From the NCBI GenBank assembly GCA_041397205.1, contig JAWKXC010000007.1, forward strand, positions 131,753 to 195,752: 64,000 nt of DNA, written 5' to 3'. This document shows, piece by piece, positions 10,643 through 21,678 of this stretch. Each line of letters begins with the position of its first letter. The first letter of the stretch is position 1. Position numbers and translations under genes: made by a program. The stretch comes from Paracoccaceae bacterium. GTDB taxonomy: Bacteria; Pseudomonadota; Alphaproteobacteria; Rhodobacterales; Rhodobacteraceae. Below the pieces are notes generated by a model. That model worked only from the letters and a program-made list of their open reading frames with translations. It searched no databases and was not told where the DNA came from.

Positions 10643-12011
10643 GAGAGTGTCAGATCTTCTGTGTATGAATGATCCGGTCCATGCTTCTTCGAAAGGAAGC
10701 ATGCATGACGATTTCAAGGAACTGCTGGACGAACTACTGAAGGGCGTGGAGCGCCCTGAGGACCTGCTCGGCGAGGCCGGGCTGATGAAAGAGCTGAAGA
10801 TCAAGCTCATGGAGCGGATGCTGGGCGCCGAGCTGACCGCGCATTTGGGCTATGAAGAGGGCAAGGAGGTTCCACCGGGACAGGGCAACCGCCGGAACGG
10901 CACCTCGACCAAGGTGCTGAAGGGACAGGACGGAGAGATGCCGGTGGCGGTGCCCCGCGACCGCGACAGCAGCTTCGAGCCCGAACTGGTGAAGAAGGGC
11001 CAGACCCGGATCGACGGGATGGACGACAAGATCATCCATTGCCCGGCAGGCGATTTGCAACGCAAATCTGCCGAGAGGGGGGCTCTATGCCGCCGGGCTG
11101 ACGGTGCGGGATATCCAGGCCCATCTGCTCGATCTCTACGGCCTGAAGGTCTCGCCCGACCTGATCAGCCGCGTGACCGACGCCGTTCTGGACGAGGTCC
11201 GGGAATGGCAGAGCCGGGCGCTGGAACGGATGTATCCGATCGTGATCTTCGACGCGCTGCGGGTGAAGATCCGCGATGCCGACAGCCGGACGGTGAAGAA
11301 CAAGGCCGTGTATGTCGCCTTGGGCGTTACCCGCGATGGCCAGCGCGAGGTTCTTGGCCTCTGGATCGCCGAAAATGAAGGCGCCAAATTCTGGCTTTCG
11401 GTGATGAGCGAGCTGAAGAACCGCGGCACCCAGGACATTCTGATCGCGGTCGTGGACGGTCTGAAGGGCTTCCCCCAGGCCATCACCGCCGCCTTCCCGG
11501 AGGCCATGGTCCAGACCTGCATCGTGCATCTGGTGCGCCACAGCCTGAACTTCTGTTCCTGGAAGGACCGGAAGGTGGTGGCTGCCGACCTGCGCCGGAT
11601 TTACAGCGCCCCGACCGCCGATATGGCCGAGACCGAGCTCGATGCCTTCGAGGAGAAATGGGCCGGGAAATACGCCTCCATTGCCCCGGCCTGGCGCCGG
11701 GCATGGCAGGAGGTGATCCCGTTCTTTGGTTTCGATCCCGCGATCCGCAAGATCATCTACACCACGAATGCCATAGAAAGTCTGAACCGCGTGATCCGCA
11801 AATCGATCAGACCAGAGGCTCGTTCCCGACCGACGAGGCCGCGACCAAGCTGATCTACCTCGCAATCCGCAAATTCGAAAAGGATGGCCGAAATGTCCGG
11901 GAATGGTTTGCCGCCCGCAATCAGTTCGCCATAATGTTCGGCGAGCGCTTCGACAGCAGTTATCCCAAACCGCATGGACCGGCCCAGATACACAAAGTTC
12001 AGGACACCCCC
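10643..12011 (+). mobile_element. IS256-family element with disrupted transposase
   Basis: Imperfect IRs GAGAGTGTCAGATCTTCTGTGTAT / GGGGGTGTCCTGAACTTTGTGTAT; motifs PRDRDSSFEP, FDALRVKIR, VDGLKGF, QTCIVHL, YTTNAIES. Confidence 0.92.
11037..11079. repeat. 43-bp palindromic insertion inside the IS256 transposase
   Basis: Removing cattgcccggcaggcgatttgcaacgcaaatctgccgagaggg restores DDKII-GLYAAGL; internal hairpin ggcag..gatttgc-aac-gcaaatc-tgcc. Confidence 0.85.
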
Positions 12012-13006
12012 ACCTCCCAGCGAAACGGACACTGGACATGTTGGGCATCCCGCGCACGACTTTCTACCGCTGGTATGACCGCTACCTGTCGCTCGGCGCC
12101 GTCGGGCTCGAAGACCGGCCCTCGCAGCCGGGTCAGGTCTGGAACCGGATCCCCGACAAGGTGCGCAAGCAGATCGTTGATCTGGCCCTCGACGAGTCCG
12201 ATCTGTCGCCGCGGGAACTCGCCGTCCGGTTCACTGACACCCGGCGCTACTTCGTGTCGGAAGCCAGCGTCTACAGGGTTCTGAAGGCGCATGACCTGGT
12301 CACCAGCCCGGCCTTCGTGGTGATCAAGGCAGCCGACGAGTTCCATGAGAAGACCGTGCGGCCGAACCGGCTCTGGCAGACCGACTTTACCTACCTGAAG
12401 GTCGTCGGCTGGGGCTGGTTCTACCTGTCGACGATCCTCGACGACTACAGTCGCTACGTCATCGCCTGGCGGCTCTGCACCACGATGAAGGCGTCGGATG
12501 TGACCGCCACGCTGGAAGATGCCTTGGTCGCCTCGGGCTGCGACCGCGCCACGATCGCCCACCGGCCTCGGCTGCTCAGCGACAATGGCAGCAGCTACAT
12601 CTCCGGCGAACTGGCCGACTGGCTCGCGGACGAAGGCATGGATCACGTCCGTGGCGCTCCCCGGCACCCTCAGACCCAGGGCAAGATCGAGCGCTGGCAC
12701 CAGACCCTGAAGAACCGCATCCTGCTCGAAAACTACTACTTGCCCGGCGCCCTCGAAGGCCGTCGCGACCTTCATCGACGACTACAACCATCACCGCTAC
12801 CACGAGAGCCTCAATCTCCACCCCAGCCGACGTCTATCACGGCAGGGCGGAAACGATCCTGCAACGACGAAGGGAGATCAAAGCCAGGACCATCGAGAAA
12901 CGCCGCTTGCTGCATCGCCAGAACGCGGCATAGACTGAAAACCCAACGAGCCAGACCCTCCGTTCCAGATCAGGCGCTCGTGTTCCAAATCATCTGACGA
13001 CGGACA
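12012..13006 (+). mobile_element. IS3-family element A, second copy, right part (orfB DDE core and right IR)
   Basis: 12012-12338 duplicates 9377-9703 with one difference seen; WQTDFTY, SDNGSSY, TQGKIERWH; ends ...GACGGACA. Confidence 0.9.
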
Positions 13007-13090
13007 CAGGAGGAACGGCGCAATGAACACCCCGGCCGTCAGAACGACGGCCGGAGCGACAAGCAGTCTTGCGCTTTTGTTGGTGAGCAT
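13007..13090 (-). pseudogene. ABC permease N-terminus truncated by the IS
   Basis: MLTNKSARLLVAPAVVLTAGVFIAPFLL runs into the IS end; follows a binding-protein gene. Confidence 0.7.
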
Positions 13091-13102
13091 CGGGCCTTCG
13101 GC

Positions 13103-14130
13103 CTATTGTCCGAGGATCTCCATGTTCCACCGTTCAGTCCAATCGGCCCGTTGTTCAATCAGCCAGGGCCAGTCGAGCTGGAGCAGGCTGGCGACCTCTT
13201 CAGGCGAGTTGATCGTGTCGGCGGCGGCACTTTCCGACAATTCGACATTGGAGTTGGTCGGCCCGAAATAGATCTCTTCGGAATAGGCCTTCTGGGTGTC
13301 GGTCGAGAGCGCGTAGTCGATGAACATCTTGGCGAGTTCCGGGTTCGGGCTACCGGCGACCTGGCAGACCATGTCGCGGATCAGAACCGGACCGGGATCG
13401 GTCGGGAAGGAAAAGCCGATACCTTCCCAGTCCTTCAAGCCAGCGAGCACATAGCCCGAGATCATCGGCGCCATGGCGACTTCGCCGGCATCCATCAGCG
13501 CAAAGACCTCGTCGAGGCTGGTATAGTTGAGCGCCGGTGCGCCGAGCTTCGGCGACCTTGGCGAAGGCCACGTCCGGGTTGTGCTCGTCGGTACCTTCGA
13601 GCCGCGCGGCCACACCGAGCAAGCCATCGCCTTCCGAGCTCGGATAGGGCGCCATTGCGATCATACCCTTGTACTCGGGGTTCCACATGTCGGCCCATTC
13701 CGGCGGCTCGCTGACCAGCGCCTTGGAATAGGCGATGCCAGGCCGGCCAGCGACATCGCATAGCAGCCCTCGTTCATGCCCTCCCAGATGGCCTTGTACA
13801 TGTCGCTTTCGGGGTCCGGAGCCACCACGAGGCCATCGGCCAGAGCTGGGGCGCTTCGTAGATATTCTGGAAGGTCACGTCCATCGTCGGGTTTTCGCGC
13901 TCGGCATAGATCTTCGACATCCGGTCGCCCGAGCCGCCGAGCAGAAACTCGACTTTGGCACCGGTCGCTTCCATCAGCGGTTCGGCGGCATGTTCGCGCA
14001 GGAGACGTTCGATATCGCCTCCCCAGGTGCCGACGACGAGCGTTTGCCCACTAAAATCCTGAGCCACGGCGCCGGTCACCCAGACAGCCGCGAGAGCTCC
14101 GATCACCACCGGTTTGTGCAGTTTCCTCAC
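13103..14130 (-). CDS. PotD/PotF-like ABC substrate-binding protein (frameshifted)
   Basis: Signal peptide, LVVGTWGG, MWNPEYKG, AKMFIDYALS, YFGPTN, WTERWN spread over several frames. Confidence 0.75.
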
Positions 14131-14740
14131 CTGTCATTCTCCATTCTTTGGGGCGCAGTCCGGTTCCGTGATTCCTTTGGCCGAAACGGGAGATGCGCAG
14201 CGTTTGCACCTGATGATCCGGGGCCCCTCCGGGAGCCGCAACTCAGGCCCGCCGAATTCTCGACCGCCTTGGGACAATGCCCGCCCACCGGGCAGAAACC
14301 AAAGCGGCGGCACATTTCGGAGGCGGCACCAGAAACGGCTCACCCTCGGACTGCGTAGAATCACACGGAGGCTATGCGCAGGAACAGCTCACGGCGCCGC
14401 ACGCGAAAACGAAACCGGCCATGGCGGGCTCCGTCACAGGCACGGAACCTCCATTGGCTCTCATGCCGCCCGGTTTCCCGGGACCCTTTCAGCTCACGGG
14501 TCGCGATCTTTCGGCGCTCCTGCAGGTCAGCTCGGAATGCGTTCCAGTTTGGATCATGCGCCACGTCGCAGGGGTGAGCGCTGGAGCACTTCTCCACCCG
14601 AATGATTTGGCTCAGATACAGCGTTGCATCGACGTGCAACGCGGTCCTTCGGATGTTTCCCGGCAACCGGACCACCTGCGGGATCCGATGCCGCGCCCGG
14701 CCGCGAGGGCGAGGCGCGACGTTCACTTTCGGTTCGGGCC

Positions 14741-15618
14741 TCAGCCCTGGCTCTTCAGATCGTTGTACATCTGGAACGCTTCCGGGTTTTTCGAGCTCGT
14801 GCACGACCTTCGACACCGCCTGGATCATCGCAACGGGGTCTTCGGCCTGGAAGATGTTGCGGCCCATGTCGACCCCGAGGCGCCCTGGTCGATGGCTCTG
14901 TAGGCCATGTCGAGCGCGTCGAGTTCGGGCAGCTTCTTGCCGCCGGCGATGACGATCGGCACCGGGCAGCCTGCGGTCACGCGTTCGAAGCCTTCTTCCA
15001 CGAAATAGGTCTTCACATATTGCGCGCCGATCTCGGCAGCGATCCGGCTCGACAGGCCGAAATAGCGCGCGTCGCGGGCCATGTCTTTGCCGACACCGGT
15101 GACCGCGAGCGTCGGCATGCCATAGCGCAGTCCGGCGTCGATCAGCTTGATGACGTTCTTGATCGACTGATGCTGAAAATCGGCGCCGATATAGACCTGC
15201 GCGGCCATGGCTACGGCGTTCATCCGGAGACCGTCCTCGATATCGACGGCCACCGTCTCCTCGGAGAGATCCCCGAGGATCGAGTTGCCGCCCGAGGCGC
15301 GCAGCACCAGGGGTTTCTGCGTCGTCGGCGAGATCGACGAGCGCATCGCGCCGCGGGTCGCCATCAACACGTCGGCATGTTCGGCCAGCGGCGCGATATG
15401 CAGATCGATCCGCTCGAGCCCGGTGGTCGGCCCTGAAAATAGCCGTGGTCGAAGGCGAGCATGACGGTGCGCCCGGTCTTCGGGTTGAAGATGCGGCTGA
15501 GGCGGTTCTTCATGCCCCAGTCGAGATGGTTCGAGCCCTTGAGGAAGAACCCCGAGGTGTCTGCCGGCCGGTCCAGTCCGAAGTCTTTTCCGTCCTTGAT
15601 GTCGTCCAAATCGGCCAT
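14741..15618 (-). CDS. lsrF: LsrF thiolase / class I aldolase-like (frameshifted)
   Basis: [50 protein letters not shown]. Confidence 0.9.
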
Positions 15619-15682
15619 GTGAGATCCTTTCGCGTGGCGCGTTTCGGCCGGCGCGTGCGGCGCCGGCCCTTGAAGCTTGGTG

Positions 15683-15712
15683 CCCGCCGCCCCCGAAGGG
15701 GCGACAGGCGGG
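15683..15712 (-). other. stem-loop after lsrB (possible mRNA stabiliser or attenuator)
   Basis: cccgcc-gcccc-gaa-ggggc-..-ggcggg. Confidence 0.4.
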
Positions 15713-15722
15713 GAGGAACCGC

Positions 15723-16754
15723 TCAGAAGTCGAAGTTGTCGATGTTTTCGGCGGTGAACACGGTGCGTTCCGGCAGCAGGATGATGCCGTTGTTTTCGGC
15801 TTCGTAGTCATAGCCCTGCACCGCGTTCGGGCTCACTTCGACGGTGCCGACGCCCGGCACTTCGATCTTGTCGCCTTTTTCCCAGACGGCGCCCTTGACG
15901 AGTTCGTTGGCGATGAAGACCGAGAGCTTGCCCTGCATCACGACATCCCACAGGCCGAACTGGCCGACGGTGCCCGACTTGACGTATTGCCGCATGGTGT
16001 TCGGGGTCGAGAAGCCGGTGACGATCAGATCGCCGGCGATGCCGAGGTTCTCAGCCGCCTGCGCCGAGCCCGGAAGGGCGTTGGCGTCGGGGCAGATGAT
16101 CGCGTCGAGATCGGGGTAGGTCTGGTAGAGCGCGGTCGGCACCTGCACCGCTTTCTGCGCGTCCTGGTTCGAGAACTCGGTCGCGACGATTTCCCAGCTC
16201 GGGTATTGCTCGCCGATGATCGCCTTGGCGACTTCGGCCCACTGGTTCTGGTCGGTCACGGTCGGCGAGGAGTAGTGGAAGGCGACCTGCTGCGGTGCGG
16301 TCGGGTCTTCCATCTGGTCGGCCGTCATCTGCACCAAAAGCGCGCCGAGCTGTTCGGCAGTGCCCTGGTTGATGTAGTAGCTGCGGCACTCGGGGCTGAC
16401 GTCGCTATCCCAGGTCAGGACCTTGACGCCTTTCTCCTGCGCGCGGTTCAGCGACTCGCAGAGCCCGTCGGGCGACAGCGACGAAATCGCGATGGCGTTG
16501 TAGCCTTGGTTGACGAAGTTGTTGATGAATTCGACCTGACCGGACACCGAGGCTTCCGACGGGCCGTCATATTTCACTTCGATGCCCAGCTCTTCGCCCA
16601 TCGCCACCGCGCCGGCGCCGCCGCTTTCAAAGAAGCCGACCCCGGTGAGTTTCGGGATGAAGGCGACCTTGGCATCCTGGGCCATCGCCATCCCGGCCGA
16701 GAGACCGACCGTCAGCGCGGTCGCGATCCCGAGGGTTTTGGTTACGAGTTTCAT
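15723..16754 (-). CDS. lsrB: AI-2 ABC transporter substrate-binding protein
   Basis: [66 protein letters not shown]. Confidence 0.95.
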   Translation of the reverse strand: MKLVTKTLGIATALTVGLSAGMAMAQDAKVAFIPKLTGVGFFESGGAGAVAMGEELGIEVKYDGPSEASVSGQVEFINNFVNQGYNAIAISSLSPDGLCESLNRAQEKGVKVLTWDSDVSPECRSYYINQGTAEQLGALLVQMTADQMEDPTAPQQVAFHYSSPTVTDQNQWAEVAKAIIGEQYPSWEIVATEFSNQDAQKAVQVPTALYQTYPDLDAIICPDANALPGSAQAAENLGIAGDLIVTGFSTPNTMRQYVKSGTVGQFGLWDVVMQGKLSVFIANELVKGAVWEKGDKIEVPGVGTVEVSPNAVQGYDYEAENNGIILLPERTVFTAENIDNFDF

Positions 16755-16824
16755 GGTAGTTCCTCCACTTTGGTAAGGGTTGTCGACGTTCCGTAGTCCG
16801 GCCTTCTGGGCGGGGGGCATCGGC

Positions 16825-17881
16825 TCACCCGCCATTTTGCGTGACCGCCATCCGCTCGGTTTCGTAGGCGGCGCGGTTGGCACGTTTGACGTGCAGCACC
16901 CCCATGCCGATCTTCAGCGCAACGGAGCCGATCAGCAGGAGGCCGACGATCACCGGCACCACGTCCGAGCTGATGCCGAGCGCGAGCAGGCCCTGGCGCA
17001 GGAAGCCGAGGACCAGGCCGGCGAGGAAGGTGCCGAGCACCGAGCCCTGGCCGCCGTAGATCGACGAGCCCCCCAGGACCACGGCGGTGATGATGTTGAG
17101 CAGCGCCTCGGCCCCGAGGTCGGAGCGGGCGGATGTGAAATAGGCGGTCAGCACCAGCCCGGCGACAGCGGCGGCGAAACCGTTCAGCGCATAGACCGTG
17201 ACCAGGGTGCGCCTGACCGGAACGCCGGTGAAGCGGGCAACCTCGGCGCTCACGCCGATGAGCTTGAGATAGCGGCCAAAGCGGGTGCGGCTCATCAGGT
17301 AGCCCGCGCCGAGCGCCATCACCACGGTGACGATGAGCGGCATGGGGATCCAGCCGATGCTGCCGGTGCCGACCCAGGTGAAGCTTTTCGGCAGGCCGCC
17401 GATGCCTTCGTACTGGTAGGCCTCGAAACCGCCGGCAAGACCCGCGCCGGAGCCCAGCATGTCAAGCAGCGTCGGCAGGCCGGTGGCGATCCCGGCATAG
17501 AGGAAGAGCATCGCCAGCGTCACCACCAGAGGGTTGATGTCGGTCTTGGCGATCACCGTGCCGTTGAAGGCGCCGGCACCGAAGCCGACGGCCAGGGCGG
17601 CGATCACGGCAAAGCCGATCGGCACGCCGGCCACGAACATCAGGCCGAGCACGATCGAGGCGAGCCCCATGATCGAGACACCCGAGATGTCCATGCCGCC
17701 GGTCATGATGACGAGGGTGAGCCCCACCGCCGCGATGATGACGTGGACGAAATCCGAGGTCGAGAACAAGAGGTTCTCGATGTTGAGGAAGGCGGTTGAT
17801 CAGCCCGAGCACGATCAGCTCGACCACCAGAACCACGGCCAGCATCGCTTCCCAGCTCTTGAACATGCTCATGAGTTTCAT
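16825..17881 (-). CDS. lsrD: AI-2 ABC permease (frameshift near 17790)
   Basis: [28 protein letters not shown]; position between lsrC and lsrB. Confidence 0.85.
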
Positions 17882-18915
17882 GACGTCGCCTCCGTGGTCT
17901 GGCCGTGCACAGGCGCGGCGCCGGTGTCCTGTTCGGTTTCGGAGTTCTGCATTTCGGCGGCGCGGGCGGCGAGCCGGCGGTTGCGCACGGTGCGACGGAT
18001 CAGGAAGTCGAACACCACCACGGCGAGCAGCACGAAGCCCGCGACCGCGTTGTTCCAGGAGCCCGGCACCTTGAGGAAGATCATCATCGAGTCGACCGTG
18101 GTCAGGAACAGCGCGCCGATGACGGCGGACCAGATCGAACCGGTGCCGCCCATCAGGCTCACCCCGCCCAGAACCACGGCGGCGATTGCCTTGAGCTCCT
18201 GGCCGTTGCCGGTCTGCATCGGCACGAAGCCGATCTGGCCGACGAAGACGATGGCGGCGGCGCCGGCGAAAAAGCCCGAGAGCGCAAAGGCCCAGAAACG
18301 GGTCATCTTGACGTTGATACCGAGCAGGTAGGCGCCGTCGTAATTGTCGCCGACCGCGTAGAAATAGCGCGCGGGCTTGAGCTTCCACAAAAGGAGCGCG
18401 ACCACGATCACCACCACCACCATGGCCCAGACCATGAGCGGGACGGAGAGATAGCGGGTAACGGCAAAGGATTTGATGTTCTGCGGGATCGACTCGATCC
18501 AGCTGCCGCCGGTAAGCACCCGCATGAGCCCGCGATAGGCGCCGAGGGTGCCCAGCGTCATGATGATCGGCGGGATGCCGACCCAGGCGACCCCGACCCC
18601 GTTGACCATGCCGCCCGCAAGACCCGTAAGGAGCGCCAGGATCATCGACAGGGGCAGCGGGATCCCGGCGTTGAGCGCAAAGCCGAAGATCACCGCGGCG
18701 AGGCCCGCGATCGCCCCGACCGACACGTCGATGCCGCGGGTCAGGACAACGAACATCTGGCCGATGGCGAGCAGCATCAGGAACAGCGAGGAATTGACGA
18801 TGTTGATGAGCGTCATCGGGCGCAGCACGGCCTTGTTGACCGTCGCCACGGCGAGGATCATCGCCACCAGCAGCACCAATACGAGAAATTCGCGTGATTT
18901 GAGGATCCGCATCAT
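17878..18915 (-). CDS. lsrC: AI-2 ABC permease
   Basis: LTRGIDVSVG, GGSWIESIP, QIGFVPMQTG, ELKAIAAVVLGG. Confidence 0.85.
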   Translation of the reverse strand: MMRILKSREFLVLVLLVAMILAVATVNKAVLRPMTLINIVNSSLFLMLLAIGQMFVVLTRGIDVSVGAIAGLAAVIFGFALNAGIPLPLSMILALLTGLAGGMVNGVGVAWVGIPPIIMTLGTLGAYRGLMRVLTGGSWIESIPQNIKSFAVTRYLSVPLMVWAMVVVVIVVALLLWKLKPARYFYAVGDNYDGAYLLGINVKMTRFWAFALSGFFAGAAAIVFVGQIGFVPMQTGNGQELKAIAAVVLGGVSLMGGTGSIWSAVIGALFLTTVDSMMIFLKVPGSWNNAVAGFVLLAVVVFDFLIRRTVRNRRLAARAAEMQNSETEQDTGAAPVHGQTTEATS

Positions 18916-20414
18916 GCCGTCACCCCGTTGTTTGTGTCGAAGGCGGCCGCCGAGATTTGTTCGACGCTCCGGATCCCGGGCGCGAGTTCGACGAGACGGC
19001 CGCGTTTCATCACCATGATCCGGTCACTCACCTCGGCGATCTCTCCCACTTCGGACGAGATCACCACCACACCCACACCATCGGCAGTGAGTTCGCGGAT
19101 GATCCGGTAGACGTCCTGCCGCGCGCGGGCGTCGATCCCGCGCGTGGGCTCGTCGAGGATCACCACCCGCGGTTCGGGCGCGAGCGTCTTGGCCAGCACG
19201 ATTTTCTGCTGGTTGCCGCCCGACAGTGTGCGGGCGTATTGCATCGGCGAGGCGAGCTTGATCCGCAACCGGTCGACGAAGGTCTGGGCCAACTCGGTTT
19301 CCTTGGCCGCCCCCATGAACCGCGACCGGCCCAGCGCCATCAGCCCCGACGAGATCGTGTGCGCACTCGGCAGGTCGAGGAAGATGCCATGCGCGTGGCG
19401 GTCTTCCGGCACATAGGACAGCCCCATCTCCTGGCAGGCCTGCGGCGAGCGGTTCACCGCCGGTTTGCCGTTGATCAGCACCTCGCCAGTCGCGTCGCCG
19501 TCGATCCCGAAGATTGCTTCGGCAAGCTCCGTCCGGCCCGCCCCGACCACGCCCGAGATCCCGACCACCTCGCCGGGATAGACGTCGAAACAAGCGTCGC
19601 GGAACACCAGGCTGGTCAGGTGGCGCACCTCCAGGACCGGCGTTGTGCCGCGTTCGACCGTCACCGCCGCGTGTTCGGCGGGACCCGAGAAATCGGCGGG
19701 CAGCATCGCTTCGACGAGCTTGTCGGCGGTCAGGTCGGCGGTGTCGTCGGCCAGCACGAAATTACCGTCCCGCAGCACGCTCACCCGGTCGGACAAGTCG
19801 ATCACTTCGTTCAGACGGTGCGAAATGAACAGGATGCCGATTCCGCGCGCGGTCAGCGCCGACATCTGCGCAGCCAGGCTGGCCACTTCGCGCCGGGTCA
19901 GAGACGAGGTCGGCTCGTCGAGGATCAGCACTTTCGCATTGCGCAAAAGCCCGCGGACGATCTCGACAAGCTGCTGGTTGGCGATGGACAGCTCGCCACC
20001 AGGAGCGGCGAAGTCGGACGCAAGCCCGATCTCGGCTGCAATCCCGCGGGCGCGTTTCGCGTTGGCCGCGGGATCACCCGCAAGCCCCATGAGCAGGTTT
20101 TCCTGCACCGAAAGGTTGGGGAAGATATGCGGCTCCTGCGGCACCATGTAGATGCCCTGAGCATGGGCGTCGGAGGGGCGCGAAAAGCTCTGCGCGACGC
20201 CGCCCACCTCGATCGTGCCGGCGGTCGGCTTGTAGGCGCCCGAAATGATCTTCACGATGGTCGACTTGCCCGAGCCGTTGCCGCCAAGGAGCGCATGCAC
20301 TTCGCCGGGGCGGATATCGAAGTCGATCCCACGCAGCACGGTCACGCTGGCGAAGACTTTCCAGATGCCGCGCAGGGCGACGAGCGGGGTGGTCTTTGCG
20401 GTGTCTTTAGGCAT
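18912..20414 (-). CDS. lsrA: AI-2 ABC ATP-binding protein (two ABC domains)
   Basis: GGNGSGKST, YMVPQEP, LDEPT twice, LSGGNQQK. Confidence 0.88.
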   Translation of the reverse strand: MPKDTAKTTPLVALRGIWKVFASVTVLRGIDFDIRPGEVHALLGGNGSGKSTIVKIISGAYKPTAGTIEVGGVAQSFSRPSDAHAQGIYMVPQEPHIFPNLSVQENLLMGLAGDPAANAKRARGIAAEIGLASDFAAPGGELSIANQQLVEIVRGLLRNAKVLILDEPTSSLTRREVASLAAQMSALTARGIGILFISHRLNEVIDLSDRVSVLRDGNFVLADDTADLTADKLVEAMLPADFSGPAEHAAVTVERGTTPVLEVRHLTSLVFRDACFDVYPGEVVGISGVVGAGRTELAEAIFGIDGDATGEVLINGKPAVNRSPQACQEMGLSYVPEDRHAHGIFLDLPSAHTISSGLMALGRSRFMGAAKETELAQTFVDRLRIKLASPMQYARTLSGGNQQKIVLAKTLAPEPRVVILDEPTRGIDARARQDVYRIIRELTADGVGVVVISSEVGEIAEVSDRIMVMKRGRLVELAPGIRSVEQISAAAFDTNNGVTA

Positions 20415-21144
20415 TTTCTGTCTCCGCGGTCGCGAAGGGGCGGGCGTGGTCGGCCCAGGTCTTACCGAGGGTGGCGAAAGCGGCCGCCGGGGCGGCGGCA
20501 CGGAAGATCGCGCTGCCCGAGACAATCATGTCGGGTCCCGACGCGGCGGCGTCGGCGATCGTGTCGAGTGTCACCCCGCCGTCGATCGCCATCAGCGGCC
20601 GGTGCGGCGCGACCATCTCGGTCAGCGCGGCCAGGCGTTCGCCGGCGCGGGCGAGGTTCGCCGGCGCGCCGTCGCGCGGGTCGAGCGCGAGCACCAGGAT
20701 CAGGTCGGGCATCGGATCGAGGAGCGGCGCGAGGCTGTCGAGCGGCGTGCCCGGCATCACCGCGAGCCCGGCGAGGATCGGACGGCCCAGCCGGTCCGAG
20801 GCTGCGCGAACGGCATCGAGCGCGGCGCCTGCCGTCGGGGCCTCGGCATGGAGGGTCAGGATGTCGGCGCCAGCCTCTGCAAAGGCGTCGATCTGCGCGG
20901 CGGGGTCGGACACCATCAGGTGCACGTCGCGCAGCATCTCCGTGTCGAGCGCCTTCACGAAGCCCGGCCCGGCGGTGATCTGCGGCACGAAGACCCCGTC
21001 CATCACGTCGAAATGCACGATCCCGGCACCCCAGCCGGCCATGTCGCGCGCGGCCTCCGCGAGCGCGCCGAGGGGTGCGGCGAAGAGACCCACGCTTATC
21101 CCGCGGGCCCGCTCGCGAAGGCTTTGGCGCGACGCGCTCGTCAT
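20407..21144 (-). CDS. lsrE: ribulose-phosphate 3-epimerase-like protein (LsrE)
   Basis: HFDVMDG, DVHLM, IDGGV, VSGSAIF; inside lsr cluster. Confidence 0.75.
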   Translation of the reverse strand: MTSASRQSLRERARGISVGLFAAPLGALAEAARDMAGWGAGIVHFDVMDGVFVPQITAGPGFVKALDTEMLRDVHLMVSDPAAQIDAFAEAGADILTLHAEAPTAGAALDAVRAASDRLGRPILAGLAVMPGTPLDSLAPLLDPMPDLILVLALDPRDGAPANLARAGERLAALTEMVAPHRPLMAIDGGVTLDTIADAAASGPDMIVSGSAIFRAAAPAAAFATLGKTWADHARPFATAETENA

Positions 21145-21148
21145 CGGA

Positions 21149-21469
21149 TCACTTCCCTCCGAGAGCGGCGGCGTGATCCGGCATCACCATGCGGAAGAAA
21201 TCCTTCTCCCGGGTGGCGGTGGTCATCAGGTCGTTGAGACCCTCGACGGTGCGCTTGTAGTGCTCGGTCTGGCGATGGGCATCTACCGCGGCTTCATCGA
21301 CGAAGGCCTCGTAGATCACGAAGTGGCTTTCATCTTCGGGATCCTGGAGGACGTCGAAACGGTAGTTGCCGGGTTCGGCGCGGGTGCCCTCGAAATTATC
21401 GCGAAACACTTCGAAAAATTCATCCGTACGCCCCGGTTTGACGCGGATATGAACCAGTTGAACGAACAT
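21149..21469 (-). CDS. lsrG: phospho-AI-2 isomerase (ABM-like fold)
   Basis: EPGNYRFDVLQD, YEAF, AHRQTEHY; GGAGG RBS. Confidence 0.9.
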   Translation of the reverse strand: MFVQLVHIRVKPGRTDEFFEVFRDNFEGTRAEPGNYRFDVLQDPEDESHFVIYEAFVDEAAVDAHRQTEHYKRTVEGLNDLMTTATREKDFFRMVMPDHAAALGGK

Positions 21470-21678
21470 GGAGACCTCCCAGTCTTGAGCCTGCCACCAG
21501 ATGAGTAGGCCGATCATTTGCTCTATCCAAATACTTTTGTTCACCACTGTCAAGATTTTCACGGTGGGGTGCGTCAATAAAAACAGGATTCTATGCTGCG
21601 ACTGCAGTATCCATTGACATAAGTCGCAACAAATGTTCGACTTTGCCGTGACGGTGAACAGTTGGACAGGCGGGCGTT
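21470..21678. promoter_or_regulatory. divergent lsrG/lsrR promoter region with TGTTCA/TGAACA-like boxes
   Basis: AT-rich; TTGACA near 21615; tgttca near 21538 and tgaaca near 21655. Confidence 0.5.

Noticed and set aside
10356-11378. 340-aa ORF as a novel IS3/IS256 fusion transposase
   Set aside because: Chance read-through across the insertion junction; both parts are incomplete
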